A DNA stretch of 64,000 bases from Desulfopila aestuarii DSM 18488 (GCA_945863875.1 CAMBBS010000007.1:25259-89258); one strand, 5' to 3'. Shown: positions 27,823 to 38,017, counted from the stretch's first letter. Made by a program: numbers and translations. Notes: generated by a model not told the origin, from the sequence alone.

Positions 27823-28338
27823 CTACACAACCCCGCAGTCACCCTCTCCGCCCCTGATTTTTTCCAGAGCATGGGGAATAACCGGCAAAACAACCGCCAG
27901 ATTTTCCTTTACCGCCTTCAAACTGCCCGGCAGGTTGATTATCAGACTTTCTTTGCGTATGCCGACTTTCCCTCGAGAAAGCATGGCCCGCGAAGTTTTC
28001 AGGAGACTAGCACTGCGCATGGCCTCCGCCATCCCGGGTATTTCCCGCTCAATAACCGAGGCCATCGCCTCAGGGGTAATATCCGAGGGAGAGACACCAG
28101 TGCCACCAGTGGTGACGATAAGGGCGATCTTCTCATCATCGACAAGCCTGATAAGACTGTCGATGATGATCTGTTGGTTATCGGGAATGACCTTGTAAGA
28201 CTGCAGGCGATAGCCTTCTTCAGCCAGTTTTTCCTGCAGATATTGTCCACTGGTATCTTCGCGTTCCCCGCGGGAGCCCTTGTCACTCATGGTCAGGACC
28301 GCAAAAGAATAATTTTCGTGCATGTCAGTTCGGATCAA
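27823..28338 (-). CDS. moaB: MoaB/MogA-family molybdenum cofactor biosynthesis protein
   Basis: 'AVLTMSDKGSRGEREDTSG', 'LIVTTGGTGVSPSDITPEA' and 'INLPGSLKAVKE'. Confidence 0.85.
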   Translation of the reverse strand: MIRTDMHENYSFAVLTMSDKGSRGEREDTSGQYLQEKLAEEGYRLQSYKVIPDNQQIIIDSLIRLVDDEKIALIVTTGGTGVSPSDITPEAMASVIEREIPGMAEAMRSASLLKTSRAMLSRGKVGIRKESLIINLPGSLKAVKENLAVVLPVIPHALEKIRGGEGDCGVV

Positions 28339-28341
28339 CCG

Positions 28342-30405
28342 TTAATTGTTTTCTGCGTTTGCCTGGGCAACTATTTTTTCAGCGATTTGCGCGGGCACTT
28401 CTTCATAATGCGAAAAAGAGACGGTGAAGCTGCCAAGCCCACCGGTCATGGAGGTAAGGTCCGTCGCATAGGACAAAATTTCTGATTGAGGCACCTGGGC
28501 ATTAATTATTTCCAGTCCATCAGCGGAGTCCATACCCATAACCTTGCCGCGGCGGGAGTTGAGATCTCCCATGACATCACCAACACTCTCTTTGCCCACC
28601 TTGATTTCCATGTTCATATACGGCTCAAGGAGAACCAGCCCGGCTTCCTGTGCTCCCCTTTTGAAGGCGAGAGATCCGGCAATCTTGAAGGCCATCTCCG
28701 AGGAATCGACATTATGGAAAGAGCCGTCGACCAGAGCAATTTTCACGTCAATGACCGGGTAGCCGGCAAGAACGCCTTTTTCCATGGCTTCCTGAATGCC
28801 TTTATCAACTGCGGGACGGTACTGCTGCGGAATGACACCGCCGACGATTTTATCGACGAATTCATAGCCGCCACCGGGCAGCGGAGAAATCTCTATCCAG
28901 CAATCACCAAACTGCCCCCGACCGCCGCTCTGTTTTTTGTGTTTTCCCTGTACCCTGGCCGTCGATCGGATCGTCTCCATATAAGGAATCTTCGGGGTAC
29001 TCAGCTCCATCTGCACACCGAATTTTTTCTTGATCTTCGAACCAACGACATCAAGATGCACCTTGCCGACACCGGACAACAGTACCTGTTTTGTTTGCGG
29101 TTGACGGGTAAGACTCAGGGTCAGATCCTCATCGAGCATTCTGGTGATAGAGGAAAAGACCTTTTCTTCGTCGCCCTTTTTCGCACTGACGGCATAGGAA
29201 ATTACAGGTCTTAAAGGCTCGGGTACCGGTAGAATGACCGGATGAGACGCATCACACAGCGTATCTCCGGTGGCGGTTTCCTTAAGTTTGGCCAGCGCGA
29301 TAATCGCCCCCGGCCCGGCACTCTCCACCGGTTTCTGATCTTTTCCCTCGAGCACGTAGAGCTGTCCAAAACGCTCTGTCGTCTTTTTCGTGGAATTGTA
29401 GAAGGTATCGCCTTTGAGGGTGCCGCTGAAAATTCTTAAAATGGTCAGCCGGCCGGCATACGGATCGGCCATGGTTTTGAAAACCAGGGCGGTAAAAGGG
29501 CTGTCGGGGGTAGGACTGATTTCTACCGTCTCATCACTGTCAACTTTTTTGGCGGCAATAGGCTGACGATCCGAGGGACAGGGCATGAGCAGATTGATGG
29601 TATCAAGAAGAGGAGCCGTGCCCTTATTCAGGGTCGCCGCGCAGACACATATCGGGGCGAGAGTTGCCGAGGCTACAGCCTGCTGCAGGCCACGCAACAG
29701 CTCGTCCTCGGTCAGTTCGCCTTCTTCGAGAAATTTTTCTATCAACTCATCGTCGGTTTCGGCAACTTGTTCCATCAGAGCTTCACGAAGCGAAGCCGCC
29801 TCGTCCGCTAAATCGGCAGGGATTTCGGTGGAGTGAACCATTCCTTTGTCACCGTCAAACAGAAATGCCTTCCCGGTTATTATATCGACATAGCCTTTAA
29901 AATTATCCTCGGCACCGATCGGCAACTGGACGATAACGGGGTTAAAGGCCAGGGATTCTTTTATTTCATCAACCGTTTTCTGGAAATCGGCACGCTCACG
30001 GTCCATTTTGTTGATGGCGATTATCGTCGGCAGCTTTCTCTCTTTTATGATATTGGAAAATTTGATGGTCTGCCCCTTCACGCCAAGCACGGCGCCTATG
30101 GTGAACAGAGCGCTGTCGCATACGTGCGACGCAAAGATAGTCTCATTGAGAAAATTGTCGTCACCCGGCGTATCGATAAGGAAGACAGTGTGTTTTTTCC
30201 AGTTATAGTTATGAAAGCTATTATTGATCGATATTTGCCTGGCTATTTCTTCTTCTTCATAATCCATCGCTGCATTGCCGTCATCAACCTTACCGAGTCG
30301 GTTAATTTTCCCAGCCGTAAAAAGCATTGCCTCAGCAAGAGAAGTTTTACCACAATTACCATGACCAATTATTGCAACGTTCCTGACCATATTTGTTTCC
30401 TGCAT
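28342..30405 (-). CDS. elongation factor G paralog (EF-G2-like translational GTPase)
   Basis: 'RNVAIIGHGNCGKTSLAEAMLF', 'LIDTPGDDNF', 'AINKMDRE' and domains II-V present. Start moved to the ATG at 30405, preceded by GGAGA. Confidence 0.88.
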   Translation of the reverse strand: MQETNMVRNVAIIGHGNCGKTSLAEAMLFTAGKINRLGKVDDGNAAMDYEEEEIARQISINNSFHNYNWKKHTVFLIDTPGDDNFLNETIFASHVCDSALFTIGAVLGVKGQTIKFSNIIKERKLPTIIAINKMDRERADFQKTVDEIKESLAFNPVIVQLPIGAEDNFKGYVDIITGKAFLFDGDKGMVHSTEIPADLADEAASLREALMEQVAETDDELIEKFLEEGELTEDELLRGLQQAVASATLAPICVCAATLNKGTAPLLDTINLLMPCPSDRQPIAAKKVDSDETVEISPTPDSPFTALVFKTMADPYAGRLTILRIFSGTLKGDTFYNSTKKTTERFGQLYVLEGKDQKPVESAGPGAIIALAKLKETATGDTLCDASHPVILPVPEPLRPVISYAVSAKKGDEEKVFSSITRMLDEDLTLSLTRQPQTKQVLLSGVGKVHLDVVGSKIKKKFGVQMELSTPKIPYMETIRSTARVQGKHKKQSGGRGQFGDCWIEISPLPGGGYEFVDKIVGGVIPQQYRPAVDKGIQEAMEKGVLAGYPVIDVKIALVDGSFHNVDSSEMAFKIAGSLAFKRGAQEAGLVLLEPYMNMEIKVGKESVGDVMGDLNSRRGKVMGMDSADGLEIINAQVPQSEILSYATDLTSMTGGLGSFTVSFSHYEEVPAQIAEKIVAQANAENN

Positions 30406-30716
30406 GCGTATCTCCTCTAAACGACGATTTATCAATGCTCTATCCAAATCACGACAACACACTCCACGCTTGCTTGTCTCCCTGCATCGGAAAAGACAGT
30501 ACTCATATATTCAATTTCAAAAGACAAAGTCAAGAGAGAACAGCCCCAGCAAACTGTTTCAAAAAAAATATTTCCATCGAATGCCCTGATTGAAATCAAT
30601 ATCATGATCTTGTGGCATATTTTTTACAATCGGGGTATTCTGCCGACGCGAATTACTCTTTCATATTTTTCCTGGATAATTTTCAGTTGACCGACCAGAC
30701 AGCCAATAAAAGCACA

Positions 30717-32276
30717 ATGGCCAGATCGGCCGCCACCGTCGGCATTGCCGTCATGTGCAGCCGCATCCTCGGCCTTGTCAGGGAGCAGGTGTTCGCCGGT
30801 CTTTTCGGCGCCGGATACACCTACGACTCCTTCGTCGTGGCCTTCCGCATACCGAACCTCTTGAGAGACCTTTTCGGGGAAGGTGCGCTGTCTGCTGCAT
30901 TCGTTACCGTTTTCTCGGCATATGACACAAACCGCACCCGGGAAGAGGCCTGGCGGCTGGCGAGTAACGTTCTCACCGTTATTCTCATTCTGCTCAGCAT
31001 TCTTACCTTGCTGGGGATCATGTTTGCCGGATCGATTGTCTCACTTTTGGCGCCCGATTTCAGTTTAATCGCCGGAAAAACCGCCCTCACCAAAACGCTG
31101 ACCCAGATAATGCTGCCCTTCCTCGTTTTTATCTCACTTTCAGCGGTAGTGATGGGGATTTTGAATACCAAAGGGCATTTTTTCATTCCGGCGATAGCGT
31201 CCAGCTTTTTCAATCTCGGCTCGCTGATCGGCGGCACCAGTCTGGCGTTTATCCTGCCACACTTTAACCAGCCGGCGATAGTCGGCATGGCGATCGGGAC
31301 ACTCATCGGCGGCCTGATGCAGCTGGGCATTCAAATCCCCTCCCTGGGTAAGACCGGTTTTCGCTACAAACCGACCTTCGACCTCTCCGATCCTGGTCTC
31401 CGCCGGATTTTCAAGCTGATGATACCGGCCACCATCGGCTTGTCGGCCACCCAGATAAACATTTTTATCAATACCAACTTTGCTTCTTCCTGCGCCGAAG
31501 GCTCTGTTTCCTGGCTCTATTATTCCTTCAGACTGGTACAGCTGCCCATTGGTGTTTTCGGTGTTGCCCTGTCCATTGCCATGCTGCCGGTATTGGCCAG
31601 GCAGGCAGCAAAAAAAGATGCCGCGGCAATGAAGAGTACCATGGTTTCCTCTCTGACGATGGTTTTCGCCTTGACCCTCCCGGCCACTGCCGGTCTTATC
31701 GTCCTTGCCGAGCCGATTATCCGGCTCATTTTCGAGCACGGCGCCTTTACCCCGCGGGATACGGTGGCAACGGCCAATACCCTGGCCCTGTATTCCATTG
31801 GCTTATTTGCTTATTCGGCGAATAAAGTCTTGGTGCCGGCATTCTATGCCCTCGATAAAACACGCTATCCGGTCATTGCCAGTTTTATTGCGATCATTGT
31901 TAATATCATAATTATCCATCTGACCATTGACCGGTTTCAGCATCTGGCGATTGCCCTTTCGACCTCCTGCACCATGCTGCTCAATTTTCTTTTTCTTATG
32001 ATTGTACTGTACAAGAATCTGCACGGTTTTTCCCTTGCCTACCTCGGCAAAGGCCTGCTGAAAATCCTTCTCGCCACCCTGGCTCTCACCGGTTTACTGT
32101 GGCTCGCCTTACCGTATTTCACCGGCTGGCTGCACAGTTCGGTTATCCACCAAGGCAGCTCGCTGTTTGTGCTCATCCTCTCGGCGACACTCCTGTATGG
32201 CTTTATCCTCCACACCTGCAAGCTTTCCGAGATGAACATCTTCACAGAAATGATTCGAAGGAAATTCTTCAAATAA
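30717..32276 (+). CDS. murJ: lipid II flippase MurJ/MviN
   Basis: 'SAATVGIAVMCSRILGLVREQVFAGLFGAG...DSFVVAFRIPNLLRDLFGEGALSAAFV', about 14 TM segments. Confidence 0.9.
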   Translation: MARSAATVGIAVMCSRILGLVREQVFAGLFGAGYTYDSFVVAFRIPNLLRDLFGEGALSAAFVTVFSAYDTNRTREEAWRLASNVLTVILILLSILTLLGIMFAGSIVSLLAPDFSLIAGKTALTKTLTQIMLPFLVFISLSAVVMGILNTKGHFFIPAIASSFFNLGSLIGGTSLAFILPHFNQPAIVGMAIGTLIGGLMQLGIQIPSLGKTGFRYKPTFDLSDPGLRRIFKLMIPATIGLSATQINIFINTNFASSCAEGSVSWLYYSFRLVQLPIGVFGVALSIAMLPVLARQAAKKDAAAMKSTMVSSLTMVFALTLPATAGLIVLAEPIIRLIFEHGAFTPRDTVATANTLALYSIGLFAYSANKVLVPAFYALDKTRYPVIASFIAIIVNIIIIHLTIDRFQHLAIALSTSCTMLLNFLFLMIVLYKNLHGFSLAYLGKGLLKILLATLALTGLLWLALPYFTGWLHSSVIHQGSSLFVLILSATLLYGFILHTCKLSEMNIFTEMIRRKFFK

Positions 32277-32283
32277 TCATCCG

Positions 32284-32619
32284 TTACCGCTGCGCCACCT
32301 CTCCCTGGCCGGCGCTTTTTTGCAAATCTGAAATTTCTGCCCGTACGGTCTCGATCTCTTTTTTCAACAGTTCGATATCCTCCATGCGAGCCAGATGCAT
32401 TTTGTCGATGGTCTTTTGCACGAGGGTCTCCGTCTGATTTTTCATTGTTTGACGCGATTCCTCGGCGCGACTGACCATTTCCTGAACCAGTTTTTCTCCC
32501 TCCTGCTCAGACATCTTTCCCTTGTCTATCAAATCTTTCGCCAGATCTTCGACTTTGTCTTTTGTCAGAGAAGCAATGCCTATTCCTGTCAAAACAGCTT
32601 TTTTTATCACATCGATCAT
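32284..32619 (-). CDS. phasin-like / COG3937-type small coiled-coil protein
   Basis: 'MIDVIKKAVLTGIGIASLTKDKVEDLAKDLIDKGKMSEQEGEKLVQEMVSRAEE'. Start set at the ATG at 32619, preceded by GGAGGA. Confidence 0.6.
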   Translation of the reverse strand: MIDVIKKAVLTGIGIASLTKDKVEDLAKDLIDKGKMSEQEGEKLVQEMVSRAEESRQTMKNQTETLVQKTIDKMHLARMEDIELLKKEIETVRAEISDLQKSAGQGEVAQR

Positions 32620-32645
32620 TTTATCCTCCATAGTAGGGTGGTTTA

Positions 32646-33638
32646 TCAGCACCTGGACCCAGCGAAAAAATCATCCGCCCGTCGACGTGCCTCCTCAATA
32701 CTCGTGCTGTTTTGGATGGCGGCGGCCAGGTGATGACCGAATTGAAACGAAACGGCAAAATAGCCGGTAAACTGTTTCAGGCGGCCAAGACGTCGTTCCG
32801 GTGCAAACCTCTGCTCCAGGAGATCTATGAATTGTAAGTACGTTGCCGATTTGTCGATTTTTTTGCATCCGGTACCGGCACCGTATATTTCTCTTGCAAT
32901 TTCTGCACATAACCAGGGTTGTTCTACTGCTCCGCGGCCTATCATAACGCCGTCCGCATGGGAAAGTTCGAGACATTGTCGCGCATCGGCTGGAGAAAAG
33001 ATTCCACCATTGGCCAGGATCGGCACGGAGACCGCGTCTTTTATCTCCCCAATTACCGCCCAGCGTGGCTTGCGACAAAATTTCTCGCCATGTAACCGTG
33101 CATGAATAGTAATCATGTCTACGCCTTCCGTCTCAAGAAAGAGGCAGAAAGATCGCAGTTGCCCGATATCCAGGCTATGACCGAGACGAATTTTCACGCT
33201 CAGCGGTAATTCGGTACTTTTTCTCAGCTTGTAAAGGATTTTTTGCAACTGCTGGCGATTTGCACCGAGCATCGCTCCCGCACCCTGCCGTCTTTGCACC
33301 GGCGCAGGGCAGCCGAGGTTGAGATCCACTCCATCGGCGCCAAGCCTGTGCAGTTTTTTTATTGCAGGTTCGATATCCGCATCATTACCGGTAATAATTT
33401 GATAGATAAGCGGACTCTCCGACTCGTCTCGGATCAGCAGAGGAGAGCAGAACTCGTTGTCGTGGGGCAATCGTTTCGCGGCGAGCATTTCGGTAAAGAA
33501 CAGTCCCACTCCTCCCTCAGCCTGCACTAGACTGCGCAAGGCCGAATGGGAAAGACCGACCATTGGCGCCAGGACTATGGGGGGAGAAATTTCCAGGCCA
33601 CGGACAACGAGCTTTTTGTTGAAAAATTTTTTTTGCAC
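32646..33638 (-). CDS. tRNA-dihydrouridine synthase
   Basis: 'LAPMVGLSHSALRSL', 'DGVDLNLGCPAP', 'LSVKIRLG', 'ITIHAR' and 'ILANGGI'. Confidence 0.88.
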   Translation of the reverse strand: MQKKFFNKKLVVRGLEISPPIVLAPMVGLSHSALRSLVQAEGGVGLFFTEMLAAKRLPHDNEFCSPLLIRDESESPLIYQIITGNDADIEPAIKKLHRLGADGVDLNLGCPAPVQRRQGAGAMLGANRQQLQKILYKLRKSTELPLSVKIRLGHSLDIGQLRSFCLFLETEGVDMITIHARLHGEKFCRKPRWAVIGEIKDAVSVPILANGGIFSPADARQCLELSHADGVMIGRGAVEQPWLCAEIAREIYGAGTGCKKIDKSATYLQFIDLLEQRFAPERRLGRLKQFTGYFAVSFQFGHHLAAAIQNSTSIEEARRRADDFFAGSRC

Positions 33639-33664
33639 AGAACTCTACAATGAATTTTTATATG

Positions 33665-36214
33665 TCATTTACCGGAGGCTGCTATCCTTTTAAAGACCGC
33701 CCCATCAATTTTTTTCCAAAGCTTAACATGGACGGAGTAATCCTGCATGATCGGCTCGTGTAATCTGACCCCGACAATGACGCCAGTAAGCTCCGGCAGC
33801 TCCTCATCTTTTATGTAAATACTTGTCATGAGATGCCTGCCGAGAAGGAGTCTGGCATTGTCGGATTTGGAAATTCTTATGGTAAAGGCCAATCCTTGCC
33901 TGGAAATATCGAAAAGTTCCCCACTAAAAGTCCGTTTGTTCTTGCTGCCGAAGGGATCCAGCAAAACATTTCTGGTGTGGAGAAGAACCGAATGACGAGG
34001 AAATTCGCGGCGATCATCTCCTGACATTTTTATTAATTCGGCCACCTGGGCATATTTTTCACAATATTTGCGCAAGGTGCTTTCGATGAGGGGAGATTCC
34101 TCTACAATTTTCGCAAATACCTCTTTGGCAAGGATTTGTACCTGGATATCGCTGAGGGCTCTCAGGGTAACGGTCCAAACCGAATGGGAAAAAAATTGTT
34201 CTCCCCCCATGACATCGCTTGGCTGCATCCTTTTCAGAAAAACCTCTTTCCCACAGACGAAACAGCTGAGGCTCACGTATCCGGAGTTTAAAAAATATAA
34301 ATTATTATCCGTCTCGCCGGCCTGTACGATGATATCCCCCTTGTGGTAGTGTTCCAGCCGCAGAGCATAGTAAAGCCGATTGAAGTCTTCGGTGGTCATC
34401 TCCTCATACAGGTCCTTCCAGATTGCGAGATGATGACTGCTGATAGAAGAGCTCTTTTGCTCGGCAACGAACTCGCTCAGTCTGATAACCTGGGAAAAAG
34501 CCATGGAATCAATTTCCAAAAGTCTCTCCTGCAAGGCTTCAGCCAGGGAGAAATCTTTTATTTTTGCAGCTGCCATAGCCTGGTCATACAGCAATTTTCC
34601 CGCCTGCTGCGTCTTGCCGCCGCGAACGAGCGCCTGAATCTCTTCCTCTGCCTTTCTCATCTTGTCGAAGACCAGCTGCTGCTGCACGGGATCATTATCA
34701 AAGGAGACAGGATCTGCAAAATTATCGACCTGCTGCCGTGTGTGTCTTACCATCGGTTCAATAACTTTTAGGGCCTGATCGATATGAAGCAGATGCTGCT
34801 CCGTTTCCAGTTTTCCCGCATAATCACGCTGCATTTTCTTCAGTTGCTCGACACTTTGCCTGCAGGGAAATTTTTTCAACGCCTCGATGAGAGCACGCAG
34901 CACATCAAGGCCAAATTGGCCGGAGAAGTTCGCTTTTCCCCCGGAGAGTTCGAGAAGGGCTGCCAGAACACTTCCGTCCTTATCATCCTCTTCGAGAAGC
35001 AGGCGGATTATATAAATTTTCAGCCGATCATGCGCAAGACCAAGGCCGTCAAGCAAGCGGGATTGCTTCATCTTGCCACCAAATTTCAGGATACAGCTGA
35101 TCATTTCATGCTGCACCCGTTCATCAAAATGGCCTAAATAGCGGGCGACAAGGCCATAATGGCTGTCGATACCAATTTCAGAGATGAGGTAGATGACGTT
35201 TCTGACAACTGCCCATGGCGGATTTTGTTTGAGACATTCCTGCAGGGCGGGAACCGCACCTTTGCCGAATGCCGGGATCAGATCAAGCAAGGTAAGTCTT
35301 TCAACCCTGCTGTTGCTGTGGATGACCCTGTTGAGTAGAGAGATTACTGCCTTATGACCAAGAGCAAGGAGAATGTTGTGCGTGACGTGCTTTTGGTCAT
35401 TTTCCAGCAGATATTCGTTGGTCAGTTTTTCTACGATGGATTTCCGGGCAAGGCTCTGCAGCGTTTTATTCGTCAGGCTCTGTATGGCCCTGCTCTTTTC
35501 CAGGTCCCCTGACTGGATCCGGTGGAGAAGGACAACCACCGATTCGGCCTCAACCCAGCACGAATTATCCAGCAACCACAGCGCAATGTCCTCAAGCCCT
35601 GTATTCAATACGGAAAACCCGGGCAACATTTCAGTTTCAAATTCGAGCCATCGAGAAAGGCCCCGGGCTAAAACGACGAGGAACGCCCCGTTGATACTTG
35701 CGTCGTTTCGGTCGAGGTGAAATTTCACGGCAGACGACAGTAAGGCGAGAGCCCTCTCCCTGACCGGCGCCTCTGCAGCAAGGGCCCCGTCCCCAAGACA
35801 CCGAAAGATATCAATTAATTGTTCACTATCGCCAGGCTCGGCCAAAAGGAAACCATTCAATTCCTCGAAAAATTCATTGTTTTTCAGAACCTGTGTTTTT
35901 CCCTGGGTAAAATCACTGAGCGTATAGGCAAACCGGAGTTCCCGGCGGCCTTTTTCGGAGGCAGCGATGTTTTGTTTGACAGTTTCCAGGATCTCGCTAT
36001 TCTGACCAGCTTTTTTTTCCATTATAAAAAACTCTTCGAAGTTATCTTCAGACTCATAGATTTGTTTACGAAACAGCCGGCCGAAATGCACCAGCCTTTC
36101 CGGCAGAGGCACTGATATGGTAATACAAATATCATAGGTGGTATATAATTGGTATCCCATTATACCTCTATTCGAATTGTCGCAACGACTATTATTGTTG
36201 AATTTTCCAGTCAA
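33665..36214 (-). CDS. large multidomain protein: HEAT/ARM-like repeat region + cyclic-nucleotide-binding domain + C-terminal PilZ domain
   Basis: HEAT-like 'RVERLTLLDLIPAFGKGAVPALQECLKQNPPWAVVRNVIYLISEIG'. cNMP 'YHKGDIIVQAGETDNNLYFLNSGYVSL'. PilZ 'DRREFPRHSV...GELFDISRQGLAF'. The true start may be 36022 (MEKKAGQ...). Confidence 0.7.
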   Translation of the reverse strand: MTGKFNNNSRCDNSNRGIMGYQLYTTYDICITISVPLPERLVHFGRLFRKQIYESEDNFEEFFIMEKKAGQNSEILETVKQNIAASEKGRRELRFAYTLSDFTQGKTQVLKNNEFFEELNGFLLAEPGDSEQLIDIFRCLGDGALAAEAPVRERALALLSSAVKFHLDRNDASINGAFLVVLARGLSRWLEFETEMLPGFSVLNTGLEDIALWLLDNSCWVEAESVVVLLHRIQSGDLEKSRAIQSLTNKTLQSLARKSIVEKLTNEYLLENDQKHVTHNILLALGHKAVISLLNRVIHSNSRVERLTLLDLIPAFGKGAVPALQECLKQNPPWAVVRNVIYLISEIGIDSHYGLVARYLGHFDERVQHEMISCILKFGGKMKQSRLLDGLGLAHDRLKIYIIRLLLEEDDKDGSVLAALLELSGGKANFSGQFGLDVLRALIEALKKFPCRQSVEQLKKMQRDYAGKLETEQHLLHIDQALKVIEPMVRHTRQQVDNFADPVSFDNDPVQQQLVFDKMRKAEEEIQALVRGGKTQQAGKLLYDQAMAAAKIKDFSLAEALQERLLEIDSMAFSQVIRLSEFVAEQKSSSISSHHLAIWKDLYEEMTTEDFNRLYYALRLEHYHKGDIIVQAGETDNNLYFLNSGYVSLSCFVCGKEVFLKRMQPSDVMGGEQFFSHSVWTVTLRALSDIQVQILAKEVFAKIVEESPLIESTLRKYCEKYAQVAELIKMSGDDRREFPRHSVLLHTRNVLLDPFGSKNKRTFSGELFDISRQGLAFTIRISKSDNARLLLGRHLMTSIYIKDEELPELTGVIVGVRLHEPIMQDYSVHVKLWKKIDGAVFKRIAASGK

Positions 36215-36369
36215 TTACTCTAGAGTTCATGCCTTTTATCTTGACGCAAGGTGTAAAAAGCCACATCATTACCAGTCTGCCTGGCAAAGAGCAAAGCAAC
36301 GCCGGCCAATGAAAGCTATTTGAAAATATTCCAGACAAAACCTCTCAGTACATAAAAGACATATTACCC

Positions 36370-37608
36370 ATGCTAAGCCGAAGAATAGTTATCACCGGGA
36401 TCGGACTCGCCGCACCAAATGGTGCAACACTCGAAGAATACAGAGAAAAACTGATCAACGGCATCAGCGAAATCCAGGAAATCGAGCTGAGATACTTCGG
36501 CAAGGCGCCCGCCGGTATATGTTCCTTTCCGGAGACCCTCTATCGCAAAAAGAAAGAAAACAAAAAAGGCACCCGCGCCGGTTGTCTTGGCGTCTACTGT
36601 GCCAATGAGGCACTGAGAAACGGCAATCTGGATATCACCATGTATGATGCGGCCAAGATCGGCGTGTACATCGGCCTCACCGAACATGGTACGGTGGAGA
36701 CGGAAAATGAAGTCTATAATATCAGCAAATACGGCCATAATACCGACTACTGGACCCACCACCACAATCCGCGCACCGTTTTAAATAATCCCGCCGGCGA
36801 AATTACCATGAATTTAGGTATTACCGGTCCACATTACGTTATTGGTGCCGCCTGCGCCGCAGGCAATGCGTCACTCATCCAGGCGGTGCAGATGATGCGC
36901 CTCGGCGAGGTCGATATGGCTCTTGCCGGCGGGATATCCGAATCTGTCGGATCCTTTGGCATTTTCGCCAGTTTTAAGGCACAGGGCGCACTCGCCGAAG
37001 CGGATGACCCGAAACTGGCCTCGCGGCCATTCGACATGGGCAGAAACGGCATAGTCATCTCCGAAGGCGCCTGTGTCTACACCCTTGAATATCTCGAGAA
37101 AGCCCAGGAAAGAGGGGCGCACATCTACGGTGAGATCGTCGGCTATGCCATGAATTCTGATGCCCGGGATTTTGTTCTCCCCTATGGCAAAAGGCAGGCG
37201 CAATGCATGCGTCTGGCCCTGGAAAGAGCCGGACTGCAGCCGGAAGAGATCCATCTCATCAATACCCATGCGACGGGCACAAAACAGGGCGATATTGAAG
37301 AATGCAAGGCCATACGAGAAGTATTCCCCGACAGCCCGACCACCTACCTCAACAACACGAAGAGTATCATTGGCCATGCCATGGGTGCCGCCGGCGTATT
37401 GGAACTTGCCGGCAACCTGCCTTCCTTTGATGACAACATTGTCCACCCAACCATTAACATAGAAAACCTCGATCCCGAATGTCACCTCAACAACCTGGTG
37501 ATCAACAAGGCGGTTCAGGCAAAATCTATCGATACGATACTGAATAATTCCTTTGGAATGGTCGGCATCAACTCCACCGTAATAGTCAAAAAATATACTG
37601 CCGACTAA
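36370..37608 (+). CDS. beta-ketoacyl-ACP synthase (KAS I/II, FabF/FabB-like)
   Basis: 'RIVITGIGLAAPNG', active-site Cys 'IGAACAAGNASL', and His/His in 'INTHATGT' and 'IIGHAMGAAG'. Confidence 0.9.
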   Translation: MLSRRIVITGIGLAAPNGATLEEYREKLINGISEIQEIELRYFGKAPAGICSFPETLYRKKKENKKGTRAGCLGVYCANEALRNGNLDITMYDAAKIGVYIGLTEHGTVETENEVYNISKYGHNTDYWTHHHNPRTVLNNPAGEITMNLGITGPHYVIGAACAAGNASLIQAVQMMRLGEVDMALAGGISESVGSFGIFASFKAQGALAEADDPKLASRPFDMGRNGIVISEGACVYTLEYLEKAQERGAHIYGEIVGYAMNSDARDFVLPYGKRQAQCMRLALERAGLQPEEIHLINTHATGTKQGDIEECKAIREVFPDSPTTYLNNTKSIIGHAMGAAGVLELAGNLPSFDDNIVHPTINIENLDPECHLNNLVINKAVQAKSIDTILNNSFGMVGINSTVIVKKYTAD

Positions 37609-37692
37609 TTTTTTGATCGTTTGGTGAAAATAAATATAAAAAAGAACGCACAGGTGTGTTATAGGAAGAGTTTTGCCATTAATAGAATACAT

Positions 37693-37714
37693 ACTCTCTG
37701 AAATTTCAGAGAGT
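37693..37714. promoter_or_regulatory. 22-bp perfect palindrome ACTCTCTGAAATTTCAGAGAGT in the 153-nt KAS-ACP spacer
   Basis: The sequence is its own reverse complement. It lies 48 nt upstream of the ACP start. It is either an operator or an intra-operon RNA hairpin (11-bp stem with no loop as DNA, or about 9 bp plus a 4-nt loop as RNA). Confidence 0.6.
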
Positions 37715-37761
37715 GTTCATATTTCAAACATTTTCACCCTACGTCGAAGCCGGAGAATTTC

Positions 37762-38013
37762 ATGACAAGTGAAGAAATAAAAGATCTCATACTGGAAATT
37801 ATTGAAGATATTGATGACGAGGCAGACTTCACAAGTCTCGATGCCGATCAGCCGTTGCGGGACCAGTTAGATCTCGACTCCATGGATTTTCTTGATATCG
37901 TCATGGAACTGAGAAAACGGCATAAACTGCAGATTCCCGAGGAAGATTATCCTCACCTCGCCACACTTAACAGCTGCGCAACCTACCTCGAACCGCTATT
38001 AAAAGACGCCTGA
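37762..38013 (+). CDS. acyl carrier protein (dedicated, non-housekeeping type)
   Basis: 83 aa. 'DQLDLDSMDFLDIVMEL' carries the DSM phosphopantetheine site. Confidence 0.85.
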   Translation: MTSEEIKDLILEIIEDIDDEADFTSLDADQPLRDQLDLDSMDFLDIVMELRKRHKLQIPEEDYPHLATLNSCATYLEPLLKDA

Positions 38014-38017
38014 TGTT

